A stretch of DNA of 64,000 bases from the NCBI GenBank assembly GCA_002269645.1, contig NIVC01000036.1:1-64000 (forward strand). The letters run 5' to 3'. The stretch is from Macrostomum lignano (lineage: Eukaryota). Below, piece after piece: positions 1 to 12,700 of the stretch (positions are counted from its first letter, which is position 1; every line of letters begins with the position of its first letter). The notes under the pieces were generated by a model. It made no database searches and was not told where the DNA came from. It saw only the letters and a list, made by a program, of their open reading frames with translations. Made by a program: the position numbers and the translations under genes.

Positions 1-499
1 GTAACAGGCATTGTCTAGTAATGACTATGTTCTTCCTAATCCTGCTAATCTCCTGGTACCTGTCCAGGTGAGTTGACTAAATATTTCTAATGTATTATTA
101 TCATAATATTACGTGAACTTGCAACGTCAACTTTGTTTTAAAATTCTTTTTTCACTCGGCAGACAAAGACGCGAGACTTCGATTTTTGGAGGCAAGCAAA
201 ACGGGAGAAACGAGCGTTGCAAGGTTTGTTCAAGTGGCCCTAGCTTAGCCGCATGTTTGCAAATTTGAATCGGAGCTGAGGTAGAATTTAGTTATGTAGT
301 TCTGTAATGAGAAGATTTGAAACAGAGACAACTGAATAGATATTGGACGCCGACCAGAAAAATGCAAGAAAAATGTGTAGTGATCGCAGGGTCCCCCCGC
401 CAGTAAAAGCTATGGGGGCATGCCAATGCTTTGCCCCCCCCCCTACCCTCACCCAACTTTGTGAACCGTTATGGAAATCAAGATTTTGCTTCAGGGGAC

Positions 500-890
500 A
501 AAATGAGTGCCTGCGGCGCTAAAATGAGTGCCTGCGGTGCTAAATGAGTGCCTGCTGTGCCAAAATGAGTGCCTGCTGTGCCAAAATGAGTGCCTGCGGC
601 GCTAAAATGAGTGCCTGCTGTGCCAAAATGAGTGTCTGCGGTGCTAAAATGAGTGCCTGCGGTGCTAAAATGAGTGCCTGCAGTGCTAAAATGAGTGCCT
701 GCGGTGCTAAAATGAGTGCCTGCTGTGCCAAAATGAGTGCCTGCTGTGCCAAAATGAGTGCCTGCGGCGCCAAAATGAGTGCCTGCGGCGCCAAAATGAG
801 TGCCTGCGGCTCCAAAATGAGTGCCTGCGGCGCCAAAATGAGCACCGAGAACACAAATTGTGAAAATAATGTACATGTAGGATTATTGGC
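500..890 (+). repeat. 21-bp minisatellite (AAAATGAGTGCCTGCGGCGCC), copy 1, with flank shared with copy 2
   Basis: About 16 tandem units. It ends in AAAATGAGC..GA.AACAC...TG.AAA...ACATGTAGGA, as does the array at 1605-1980. Confidence 0.9.
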
Positions 891-1604
891 TTCCTCCTCC
901 CCCCACAATAAAATCCATGGCGACGCTCCTGAGTGGATGAAACGCCGACTTCAAGCAGTGGGCGTATCTCCAAGGTCTTTCAGTCCCTCGACAGCAATCC
1001 TGATTTGGTTTTAACTCAGCAGAAGCAACACGCTTAGTTTCGCTTAATAATTATGAAGCTGACTGCAGACTCCGACTTACCTCGCTGAGTTCAGTTAAGC
1101 CAACGCTCTATAGACTGCAGACGTGCGCAGAGTGAGGAATCAGACTCAACTGCTGCACACGCAGGCGACACTTCTGATTAGACTGTGACGACACAGCAGC
1201 TGGCACGCGATGCTGCAGCTACCGCAGCGCAGAGAGACTAAGTGGACATTGAAGCTTTGACCCAGAGGCCAGTCAATCAAAAGTAGCCACAACAGTCGGG
1301 AAGAAACACGTAACTGGGGCTTTGGGGGATTAGCTGTCCATAATTAAAAAATTCGACAAGAACCTTTAATGAAAATCTGTGTTTTTTCTTTAGTTGTGAA
1401 GCTGCATGCGTACCAACGTTAATTGGTAAATTTATGCTACTATTAGTAGGACTGAAGCGTTTTAAACACGCGACGCGCATACTCAGTTAAAGATGGCAAA
1501 ACAAAAGGTTGATTGGAAATTTTTTCTAGCTAAAACAGCCAAGAAATGCTTTCTGGAGTGAGTTAGCAGTGAGACTGGCGAGTGATGCTTGGTGTGAAAG
1601 CTCA

Positions 1605-1980
1605 GTGTGGCGCTAAAATGAGTGCTTGCGGTGCTAAAATGAGTGCTTGCGGTGCTAAAATGAGTGCCTGCGGCGCTAAAATGAGTGTCTGCGGCGCTAA
1701 AATGAGTGTCTGCGGCGCCAAAATGAGTGTCTGCGGTACTAAAATGAGTGCCTGTGGCGCTAAAATGAGTGCATGCAATGCTAAAATGAGTGCCTGCGGC
1801 GCTAAAATGAGTGCCTGCGGCGCTAAAATGAGTGCCTGCGGCGCTAAAATGAGTGTCTGCAACGCCAAAATGAGTTCCTGCGGCGCCAAAATGAGTGTCT
1901 GCGGCGCCAAAATGAGTGTCTGCGGTGCCAAAATGAGCGCTGACAACACCGATTCTGAAAAATGGACATGTAGGAATTTA
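1605..1980 (+). repeat. 21-bp minisatellite, copy 2 of the same dispersed repeat
   Basis: Same unit, same orientation and same 3' flank as 500-890. Confidence 0.9.
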
Positions 1981-2149
1981 TGATGTCATAAATTCATAGC
2001 TGCACCCTGATCTCTCGTAGGCATCAAGTTAACATCCAACAAGACAGTCGAGACCTTTGACAGTTCCTTCTCAACACACTACAGTACACTCAATCCTCAC
2101 GATCTCCAATGCATACTTTATCACCCAGGATACGTACATGTAGGTATAT

Positions 2150-3031
2150 ATGAGCATGCATGTGTATACAGACACGAGCCAATGCCAACCGATTCCAGAG
2201 TGTGCAAGTTGGAAGGCCGCTATGGCAGACGCAGATGTTGCAGCAGCAGCAGCACTACACCAGCTGCGGGCTGTCTGCTGCGTTACGCACCGTCGGGGAC
2301 AGACGTTGAGTACGACCTCTGCCAGCCCGAGTGGCCAGACTTCGCTGTCAATCAATGTGGCAACGCCATCATTGCCGGACTCGTCAACTCTCTCGTTTGC
2401 CGCCTCCGTCCTGCCTGTCAGGCAGCGGAGCAGCTGCGGCTCGAAGTCCACCGCCGGAGCCGCCGCCAGACGCGCTGATTTACCGGCCGTTGCGCTGCCT
2501 GCCGAGCGGCGGCGGTGACGCGGGCAGGGGCTTGCAGACTCTGCCGCACCCGTCGTCAATGCGACAGCGACAGGCGGCCAACCATGGCAGCGAGAGGCCT
2601 GCAGCCGAACGCGAGTAACTCGACAGACATCGACTCGGAGATTTGGATCCGTCGAAGTGGCGGCGGGCAGCTGTCGATATGGACGACGGTTCAAGCGAAG
2701 GAGCTGCTGAGGGCAGCAGCAGCAGCATCTCTGCTTCTGTTCACCATCCCTGTCGAGCCATCGCAATCCACACAGACACGCCAGCAGTGACTTGGACGGC
2801 ACAGACGCTCTAAGCGGCATCGAACCCGCATCCACCGTAGCTGCGGTGGGAATGAACAGCTACTGCGACTTCCGGCAGGCAACACCTGCGGCAGCAGCAG
2901 CAGCCAAGACGCAGCGGACCAAGCAGAACCAGCCAATGCAACTGGTTGCTACCCAGCAACAGCACAGACTGCAGTACTACTGCCACTGCCCGGAAGGAAA
3001 TGCCGATGAAGAATCGACAAGCTTATTTTGA
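2150..3031. other. GC-rich coding-like island, frame and strand unresolved
   Basis: Its composition and CAG runs resemble local exons. Several overlapping ORFs are present, but I recognise no domain. Confidence 0.2.
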
Positions 3032-3504
3032 GTTGAGTGCTCGCGAAAACTTTAATAATTTCTTCATTGCACTCCCCTTCACATCACCTTCACCCAATTA
3101 AATTATATACCCGTAGCTCGTATGGAATAATGTTCAACTGCTCTGCTCTGCTTATAAATTCAATAGCAATCGATTGAAGCAATCAGTTCCTACCTCATGC
3201 TGTTCGTTCTACAGAAGTCATTAACTATACATTTGTAGCACCTATTACGAGTAGTATGTTTGCTGTTACTTATGCTTGCGCCGAAACACTATAGGCAGTA
3301 AAAATACGAGTACAGTAATTCTGCATGCCAACCACAATGTGATATAACTGGGTCTGGCGCTAAATGCAGCTACCTTGCGCCTAGTTAACGTTATGAATTC
3401 CTTCTAGAGATGGTCTATTAAGACGATGGCTGAAGAGAATTCCTTTAGTGTGCAGTAAAATCTGAAGGCTGCGACCGGCTGTCTAAGACTGAACTCGAGG
3501 ATCT

Positions 3505-4577
3505 GCGAGGCCCAGCAGCTGACGATCTGAGAGGCTGTTGGCCCAGCAACTGAGAATCTGGGAGGCTGGTGGCCCAGCAACTGAGGATCTGGGAGGCTGT
3601 TGGCACAGTAACTGAGATCTGGGAGGCTGACCCAGTAACTGAGGATCTGGGAGGCTGGTGGCCCAGTAACTGAGGATCTGGGAGGCTAGCCCAGCAACTG
3701 AGGATCTGGGAGGCTGTTGGCCAGCAACTGAGGATCTGGGAGGCTGTTGGCACAGTAACTGAGAATCTGGGAGGCTGACCCAGTAACTGAGGATCTGGGA
3801 GGCTGGTGGCCCAGTAACTGAGGATCTGGGAGGCTGCTGGCCCAGCAGCTGAGGATCTGGGAGGCTGTTGGCCCAGCAACTGAGGATCTGGGAGGCTGTT
3901 GGCACAGTAACTGAGAATCTGGGAGGCTGACCAGTAACTGAGGATCTGGGAGGCTGGTGGCCCAGTAACTGAGGATCTGGGAGGCTGGTGGCCCAGCAAC
4001 TGAGGATCTGGGAGGCTGTTGGCACAGTAACTGAGGATCTGGGAGGCTGGTGGCCCAGCAACTGAGGATCTGGGAGGCTGGTGGCCCAGTAACTGAGGAT
4101 CTGGGAGGCTGGCCCAGCAACTGAGGATCTGGGAGGCTGTTGGCCCAGCAACTGAGGATCTGGGAGGCTGTTGGCACAGTAACTGAGAATCTGGGAGGCT
4201 GACCCAGTAACTGAGGATCTGGGAGGCTGGTGGCCCAGTAACTGAGGATCTGGGAGGCTGCTGGCCCAGCAGCTGAGGATCTGGGAGGCTGTTGGCCCAG
4301 CAACTGAGGATCTGGGAGGCTGTTGGCACAGTAACTGAGAATCTGGGAGGCTGACCCAGTAACTGAGGATCTGGGAGGCTGGTGGCCCAGTAACTGAGGA
4401 TCTGGGAGGCTGGTGGCCCAGCAACTGAGGATCTGGGAGGCTGTTGGCACAGTAACTGAGGATCTGGGAGGCTGGTGGCCCAGCAACTGAGGATCTGGGA
4501 GGCTGGTGGCCCAGTAACTGAGGATCTGGGAGGCTGGCCCAGCAACTGAGGATCTGGGAGGCTGGCCCAGCAACTGA
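3505..4577. repeat. 30-33-bp minisatellite (GGCCCAGCAACTGAGGATCTGGGAGGCTGTT variants)
   Basis: Visible tandem array with several interleaved unit variants, followed by a poly-G run. Confidence 0.95.
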
Positions 4578-5174
4578 CACTCTGGGGGGGGGGGGGCTGG
4601 CGCAGCTAAAAATAAAGGTGCAAAAGTAAAGCGGAAAATTTTTTATACTCTATCACCCAAATAGATCAGCAATGGGTAAAAAATCAATATTTTAATAGAG
4701 CAATATTTCAGACTCGTATTATATTTATAGCATCAACATTGTCCAATTGACGCAAATGATACAAAGGATTTACAAAACATAATTAGACAATCAGTCGTTA
4801 TATAAGAGAATCGGAATTATCAGTGTGAATCGCTAGTGTGAATAGTCATCACAATATACTAAATCTCTAATAAAATACTATAGTAGTTGCAGTAGCTAGA
4901 ATATTTGCAGCAGACTTGGCACGCCTAACAATGTCAATTAGTTCAGTCTAGTGCGCCCTGCATGTCTAACAGGCCTTTAGCCTTCTCCATCTGGTGCAGA
5001 AAGTCGTAGAACTCGGTCAAGGACAGCTCTGCAACCGAGTCAGGGAAGTGAGATAAAAGTTATGAATAAAAAACACTATTTATAATATTTCTGGCAAAGT
5101 GTACTCTAAAGTCCACATTGATTACTATTTAAGAAAAGTTATCAAAGGTAAGTCAAGATTTTCATATAGGTAAA

Positions 5175-6325
5175 TTGAGATTGAGATGAGATGTGATGTG
5201 ATGAGATTTGATGAAATGAGATGTGATGTGATGCGATGTGATGAGATGAGATGAGATTTTATGCAATGAGATGTGAGAGATGAGATTTGATGTGATGAGA
5301 TGTGATGTGATGAGATTTGATGTGATGAGATGAGATGTGATGTGATGAGATGTGATGTGATGAGATGTGATGAAACTTGATATGATGAGATGAGATGTGA
5401 TGAGATGTGATGTGATGAGATGTGATGAGATGTGATGAGATGTGATGTGATGAGATGTGATGAGATGTGATGTGATGAGATCAGATTTGATGTGATGAGA
5501 TGTGATGTGATGAGATTTGATGAAATGAGATGTGATGTGATGTGATGAGATTTGATGTGATGAGATGAGATGTGATGTGATGAGATGTGATGTGATGAGA
5601 TGTGATGAAACTTGATATGATGAGATGAGATGTGATGAGATGTGATGAGATGTGATGTGATGTGATGAGATGTGATGAGATGTGATGTGATGAGATGAGA
5701 TTTGATGTGATGAGATGTGATGTGATGAGATTTGATGTGATGAGATGAGATGTGATGTGATGAGATGTGATGTGATGAGATTTGATGCGATGAGATGAGA
5801 TGTGATGTGATGAGATGAGATTTGATGTGATGAGATGTGATGTGATGAGATTTGATGTGATGAGATGAGATGTGATGTGATGAGATGTGATGTGATGAGA
5901 TGTGATGAAACTTGATATGATGAGATGAGATGTGATGAGATGTGATGAGATGTGATGAGATGTGATGTGATGAGATGAGATTTGATGTGATGAGATGTGA
6001 TGTGATAAGATTTGATGAAATGAGATGTGATGTGATGCGATATGATGAAACTTTATATGATGAGATGAGATGTGATGAGATGTGATGTGATGAGATGAGA
6101 TTTGATGTGATGAGATGTGATGTGACGAGATTTGATGAGATGAGATGTGATGTGATGCGATGTGATGAGATGTGATGTGATGAGATTTGATGAAATGAGA
6201 TGTGATGTGATGCGATATGATGAAACTTTATACGATGAGATGAGATGTGATGAGATGTGATGTGATGAGATGAGATGAGATTTTATGCGATGAGATGTGA
6301 TGAGATTGGAGAGATGAGATGAAGC
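5175..6325. repeat. (GATGT/GATGA)n pentanucleotide satellite
   Basis: Direct inspection. Confidence 0.95.
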
Positions 6326-6619
6326 GAGCACAGTCAGAGAGACCAAGAAGGAGTAAGTGAGAGACTGGAAGTAAGAAGGGAGATAGGAAAGAAGAGAATT
6401 AAGTAGGGAAATCCAGAAAAAAATTCAATTAGATGATAGCATATAGAAGGTGACAGAAGATATGATGAGAATGGAAGTGGCAAACCAAAGCAGAAAATTG
6501 CAGATGGTACATGTATAAAAAGAGGTTAAGGAAGATGAGAACCCTTAAATCAAAATAATTAGTTATAAAACACCAGAAATAAAAACTTGCAAAGTATCAC
6601 TTTTTGTTATTCGAGACAA

Positions 6620-7264
6620 GGGCTGTGTGCACCCTGGCGCACTTGAAGTGACATTGTCACACAACCGGAGAGAGGCAATTGCTGCCCATTTCGCCGACTC
6701 CCCTGAGCAGGCACACAAGCGCGCGGATACGTAAGCATTCATACAGTAATAATAAAAAATAATAATATTTGATTACACCTGCCCCAATTGGGCCAGATGC
6801 GCAACCGACAGCTCAGCCGCAGCTATTGCGCGGCGCATCTGAAGGCTGCGTACGGCTGTTCGGTCCAAGGACTGGGGGTCGCCACACACCCTCAATTACC
6901 CCTGCTAATGCTGGCACCCATTTTACAGCTGGGTGAACTGAAGCAATGCAGAGTCAAGTGTCTTGCTCAAGGACACAAATTGTTCCGAGTGGGTCAAGAA
7001 TCGAACCCCCAACCTTCAAATCGTGAGACCGACGCTCTAACCACTAGGCTACAGCCCCTCCATACGCGCAGGCACACAAGACTTTATTTATCGTTAGGCA
7101 TGTACACTTCACTGCGCCTTGGGGGTTGGCCTTCAAGGCCGTTAACTGCACGAGCAGAGCCAAGCCGAGATTCCAATTCAGCCCCAAATTAATGTGACTG
7201 CACTTGGAATCGAGCCTGGGCCGCTGGCACATCAGAGCGCCGCGCCAGACCACTTGGCTGCAGC
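6620..7264 (-). mobile_element. tRNA-derived SINE family A, interrupted by a second SINE
   Basis: The minus-strand head has A-box-like AGCCAAGTGG and B-box-like GGCTCGATTCC. Segments 6620-6746 and 7057-7264 align with the uninterrupted copy at 15918-16257. Confidence 0.8.
6747..7056 (-). mobile_element. tRNA-derived SINE family B nested in family A
   Basis: Head GGCTGTAGCCTAGTGGTTAGAGCG...GGTTCGATTCT. The core TGTGTCCTTGAGCAAGACACTT...CACCCAGCTGTAAAATGGGTGCC resembles conserved V/Meta-type SINE cores. It has a 3' stem-loop and a TTA/T-rich tail. Confidence 0.8.
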
Positions 7265-8269
7265 AACCGCGGTGATTGACGCAAGTTGTGACCCTGCGCT
7301 AAAACAAAAGAGCGATCAACACAATACAACAGGCGAGAGACAGGAAAAAATGGAAACAAAAGCCTTGCTCACCCAGAAAGACTCGCTCCCGTTCACCTGA
7401 GGAACAAGTTGAAGATGAGGCATTGCCACCTTTCTGCAGTAAGATGCTGAGTACGACTGAGGTGCGACCAACCTCGCTAGGGTCACTGCCTGCAGCTGTC
7501 ACTGCAATACGCATTGAGGAATAAGACATTATAAGCACCACCTGTCAATCAAACCATAGAAATTGAGAGAACTAACCAGACAGACGCCAGTCGACATCAA
7601 TAATTTGTGAGTAGTCCATGAGACAGGGAGTTGGACAACTGGAAATATAGTGTAGTGCGATTGTCAACTATTATTAAAGTTGCGCATCCCGCAGCCAACA
7701 AGCTCATCAAGGTTTAACCTCTGTTGTAATAAAAAATCAATATACGAGCTACTTAATTTAAAGTGCAAAATTCTAACTAAAACGCTTATTACTTACTATT
7801 AGTAGTCGTTTGTTAGCTAGTTAACAGGTAGGTCTTAAGGCATGCCTAAGAACCCACATGCTTGTACAGCGGCTCTTGTGTCTTGTGTGATGGCCTTCAT
7901 GGGTTGTGAGTCACTGGCCTACTCTGTACCTTACTAATAGTAGCAATGCATGAAATGATTCGATAAAAAAACAAAATTCAAGTTAAAATGAATTGAATTT
8001 GTATGTACTTTGGCCAACAGGAATTTTAGCTGCTTTCGGCAATGTCAACGAGTACTTTAACGAGACATTTTCTAAACAAAAAATACAATAACCAAGGATA
8101 ATCAGGAACAAACAACTGCATAACAAAACAAATTTTTGACAAATAACAGGACATAATAGACACTAATTTCGACACAGTCTATAAGTAATCTGTCAGATTC
8201 TGACACAGTGTGTTACGATAATTTTCACAGCTAATTATGAATCTGATTGTTATTAATCTGTTTTAAATC

Positions 8270-8540
8270 AAACCTGACAGTTTGACATCAAATCTGACAG
8301 ATTCTGACAGTCTGACATCAAATCTGACAGATTCTGACAGTTTGACATCAAACCTGACAGTCTGACATCAAATCTGACAGATTCTGACAGTCTGACATCA
8401 AATCTGATAGCTTCTGACAGTCTGACATCAAATCTGACAGATTCTGACAGTCTGACATCAAATCTGACAGATTCTGACAGTCTGACATCAAATCTGACAG
8501 ATTCTGACAGTCTGACATCAAATCTGACAGATTCAATTTG
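8270..8540. repeat. 30-bp minisatellite (AAATCTGACAGATTCTGACAGTCTGACATC) downstream of TMEM18
   Basis: About 9 units, built from TCTGACA subrepeats. Confidence 0.9.
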
Positions 8541-8613
8541 ACAGACGCTAACAGCTGTGACAAACCTGAGAAATGTGAATTAGTGAGTCTGTGAGTTCAG
8601 TTCTCAAAGATGC

Positions 8614-9033
8614 TCAGTCCTTTTTAGTCCGCCTGTCCTTAGCCTCGGTCAGCAGCCGGGCTCTCTCCTTATCAACAGTCAAGTTCATCATCTGATAGAT
8701 GAGGAAGCACGGAATCACCACGCAGTTGACCAGCACCGGCACAGACCAGATAAAGGTAATGAAAAATCCAGGTGAATCGAAGTACTGCTCCCCAAATCTG
8801 AGGACTCGCCAGTGCGTCGCCAACTGACGATTGACGGCATCGGCCGCCAAGACGCTGGCTAGAAGCAGCAAAAGCAAGCCAAACAGTAGCCAACTTCTTC
8901 TGCGCAGCAACAATATCAGCAACAGGCAAACAGGATGAATGCTCAGCAATATTAACAGGCCGGGCTCCGTACGCCAAGATATTGTTGACAGGGCGGACAG
9001 CGGGCCCGAGATCTGGCTTGTGTCAATCCAGTC
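8614..9033 (-). CDS. TMEM18: Transmembrane protein 18 homolog (main exon; optional upstream exon 9183-9124)
   Basis: ISWRTEP...HPVCLLL...HWRVLRFGEQYFDSPGFFI...PVLVNC matches the TMEM18 family pattern DWxEPW...QYFDSxGxFI. Acceptor TTTGTATTACGCTCCAG lies before 9033 (phase 0). Confidence 0.85.
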   Translation of the reverse strand, partial: DWIDTSQISGPLSALSTISWRTEPGLLILLSIHPVCLLLILLLRRRSWLLFGLLLLLLASVLAADAVNRQLATHWRVLRFGEQYFDSPGFFITFIWSVPVLVNCVVIPCFLIYQMMNLTVDKERARLLTEAKDRRTKKD

Positions 9034-9569
9034 CTGGAGCGTAATACAAAGAAATGTAAAGTTCTAATTAGGTGACGAGGCTTTTTATATCTAAATTAAG
9101 CTATAGTTACTCCCACTGTTTACCCGACCCGATGAAAACGGTACATAAGGCCAAGAAGCGTCCCAGTCATTTGCGTCGAGCATCTTAGCATTTTATTGTC
9201 TGCGACTCTGGCGCACTCATTACAACTCTATTTAGTCTACTTGAGTTAGTAGAAAGTTAAGCTCTAACACAGCCATTCTTGGACGACTTTTTGCGACTCT
9301 AAAAATCCCGTGATGCGCTCGTTACTCAAGAGTCGCCTAATTCGTCGCATTGAAATCGTGAATCATTAAAAAGTCACAAGAGTGGCCCCAGAATCGCTAG
9401 AGTCACCAGTGAGTTGCTTGCAATGACTCTTAAGCAATTCTTGTCACGGTATCGTTTTCAACGGGCTAAAACCATGCCATGTAGTTTAAATCTTTAACTT
9501 TAAAGGACATCAAAAGCAATCCAGCCCGATCAAGGTTTACGTCCCGGATCTCAGCTCTCTTATTATTTT

Positions 9570-9759
9570 TCTTTTCTCCTCTCCTATCTCCCCTCTTCTC
9601 TCGCCTCGCCCCACTTCTCTCTCCTCTCATCTCCCCCTTTTCTCTTCTCTCCCCTCTTGTCTCTCCTCTCCTCTCTTCTCTCTACTCTCCTCTCTTCTCT
9701 CTCCTCTCCCCTCTCCTCTCTCCTCTCATCTCCCCATTTTCTCTTCTCTCCCCTCTTGT
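9570..9759. repeat. CT-rich simple repeat, left half of the retroelement target (right half 14179-14310)
   Basis: Polypyrimidine low-complexity DNA on both sides of the insertion. Confidence 0.85.
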
Positions 9760-9773
9760 TGTTGTTGTTGTTG

Positions 9774-12700
9774 TTACTCCCGGCCGGTTGGATCCGGGGG
9801 GCGTGTCTGCGCCCCTACCGTGCGGAGGAAATCGAGCGCGCGGAGGCCGTCCGTCGAGAGGACGGCCAGGGACGGGTTTGGCCCTAGGGTGCGGGCCCGA
9901 AGGTCGTCAAGGGCCCGGCAGTGCAGGAGGACGTGGGCCACGTCTTCGTCGGCGGCCCCGCAGCGGGGGCAGGTGGCGGCGGTGTCCAGGCCGATCCGGT
10001 GCCGATACCAGCGTAGGAGCGGTGAGTGGCCCGTGCGCAGCTGGGCGAGGGTCACCGCGTCGGCCCGGTTAAGGCGTGGCCGCGGGGCGGCGATGGCGGT
10101 TGCCAGACGGTGGGTGGCGCAGTGCGGGTCGGCCGCGTTGGCTTCGCGGGTGCGCTCGGCGAGGACCCGGCGGAGGGCGGCCCGCGCTGACCCGAAGTCG
10201 ATCGGCGTCTCGTTCTGGGGGAGGCCGGCCGCGGTCTTGGCGGTGACGTCCGCAGCATCGTTCCGCCGGAGGTCGCAGTGGCTGGGGACCCATTGCAGCC
10301 AGATTGGGAAGCGGGCGGCGACGTGGGTCAGCAGCGTCCAGATCTCCCGGCACGCTGGCGAGGAGGACTTGGACGGTCCCTTCTCGAGGGCTCGGAGCAG
10401 GGACTGCGAGTCCGTCAGGCAGCGGAGGCCGCTCAGGGAGGCAAGGTCCGGCCTGGAGGCGACGTGCTGAAGCCCCAGCCGGAGAGCCGACTCCTCGGCA
10501 CGGAAGGAGGAAGAGTAACGGCCCGCAGCCTGCGACAGGTGGACTGGCGGCGCGGTCTTGCTGAAGATGACCGCCCCCGCTCCGCCGTTGAGGGTGCCCC
10601 CGGAGGCTGAACCGTCTGTCCAGAGCTCCAGGTCGGCGGGCGGGAGGCTCGCCAGCGTCTCCAGCGCGGCCAGCTTTCTGACGTGGGGCGCCTCCTCTCG
10701 GGAGGTCGCGGTCAGGAGGTCGCAGCGGATGGTGATCCGGCTGGTGTCGGACCATGGCGGCGGAGGGAGGTTTTCCTGCTCCCGGGGGAGGGTGGCCAGG
10801 CCGGCGGCGGCGCTCAGGTGCTGCGCCGAGTCGCGCCAGTTCCTACGGAAGGCCCCAGGCTCCCCGTGAGCGCGCAAGCGGGGCGTAGAGGTCTTGCCCG
10901 CTGCAGCGCGGAGCGGAGTCGGTTGTCGGTGACGGAGGGCTCGCTCGAACAGGGCTGCGCCTGCCGCCTCCGCTCTGGTCGCCAGGGGCACGAGGTCGGC
11001 CTCAGCCATGAGGGCGCCAATGGCGGTCGAGCGGCAGCAGCCAGTGATGACGCGGGCGGCCGATCGGTGCGCAATCTCGACTTCGTCCCGGCAGGAGTCG
11101 GACGCGAAGGTGAGCCACGTGGAGGCGCCGTGGAGCGCGGCCGCCTCCGCGTAGGTGCGGTAGAGCTGGGCGAGGCGCTGGCCGTCCTGGCCCCAATCGC
11201 GGCCCGCGAGGCAGCGTAGGACGCCGGTGCGCTGCTGGAGGGCGCGGCGCCGGAGCTCGGCGTGGTGGCGGAAGGTCAGCTAGGAGTCGAGGTGCACTCC
11301 CAGGAGCCTCGGATGCAGCTCGAACGGAGCTGGCGAGTCGCCGAGGAGGATGCGCGGCTGGACCTTTCCGTTGACCTCCCGGGGGTCGAGCGAGAAGAAA
11401 GCGACGACCGACTGGTTCGGCTCAGGTCCACCTTCCAGGTTTGGGACCAGCGCACGAGCCAGTCGGCCGCCGGTTGCAGGGCCCGCTCACACTCCCGAGG
11501 GGTGGTCCCTTGCGCGCCGAAGGTGCTGTCGTCGGCGTACGCCAGCGTGAGGCAGTTCGTGGGGCGCCGTCCAGGAGGTCGTCCATGTAGATCACCCACA
11601 GGATCGGGGCGAGGACCGACCCCTGCGGCAGCCCCTCGGAGAACACGGTTGGCTTGCAGGCCGCACTAACCCACCGCACGAAGGCCCTCCTGTCGGAGAG
11701 AAATCCCTTGAGCCAGCGGATGAGGCACGTGGGGATCCCCTTCCGACCGAGCTTGACGATGAGGGCGGCTCTCCAGACGCGGTCGTAGGCTCTGGAGAAG
11801 TCTGCAAGGAGCAGAGCGGTGCGGGCTGCCGGCTTCTTGGCCTGGAAACCGTCAAAAATGTACTGGGCCGCCGCGGCGATGTGCTCCTCCGTGGAGCGGC
11901 CCTGACGGAAACCGGCTTGCGACGGGTGGAGAGCGTCATTTGCCTCGAGGATGTAGGACAGCCGCTCGTTCACCATCTTCTCCGCGAGCTTGCCCAGGCA
12001 GCTGAGGAGGCTGATAGGGCGGAAGCTGGATGTCAGGCCGGCTGGCTTGTCCGATTTGGGGATCGGGCGGATCTCCGCAAGGCGCCACGGGGCGGACACC
12101 TCCCCCGTCCTCCACGAGAGGTTCAGGAGGTCCAGGAGGCAGCGGAGCCCCAGGTCGGACAGATGCTTCAGCATGATGTTCGCGACACCGTCCGGTCCCG
12201 GGGCCGAGCGGTCCGGCAGGCGCACCAAGGCGCGGCGGAGGGCGTCGGGCTGGAAGTCGGAGCAGGGGCCGCTGCGGAGGCCTTGGCAGCTGCAGGGGGC
12301 GCGGAGCGTGTGACGGGCTTCTTGGATGACCGGCCGGTCTTCCGCCTTGTTCTTGGGGAGCCTGCTGACGGCCGCGTACTCCCGGCAGAAAAGCGCGGCC
12401 TTCTGTTTGTCGGAGACGGCCGGTGCCCCCGTGGAGCCCTGGATGGCAGCCGACGAGGGGGTGCCCTGGGACCGTCCGTCGAGGGCCCGGATGATCCGCC
12501 AGAGGTCGGCGGAACACAGGTCGTGACCCGGGTCAGTGATGAAATCACGCCACAGCGACTCCTTGGCGCGGCAGATGGCGTGAGCAGCCGCGGCGGCAGC
12601 AGCCTGGTACGCGGCCGAGAGCGCCGGGTCGTCCGGGCTCGCGCGAAGCGCTTCGAGCGCCGCGCGGCGGGCGGTGCAGGCCGCCTCGGCTTCCGGGCAC

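Noticed and set aside
6985-7264. tRNA genes at A/B-box motifs (also 16190-16257 and 42357-42430)
   Set aside because: No complete cloverleaf. Each continues into a shared SINE body.
7299-7560. Possible small exon on either strand downstream of TMEM18
   Set aside because: No recognisable domain and no partner exon could be assigned.
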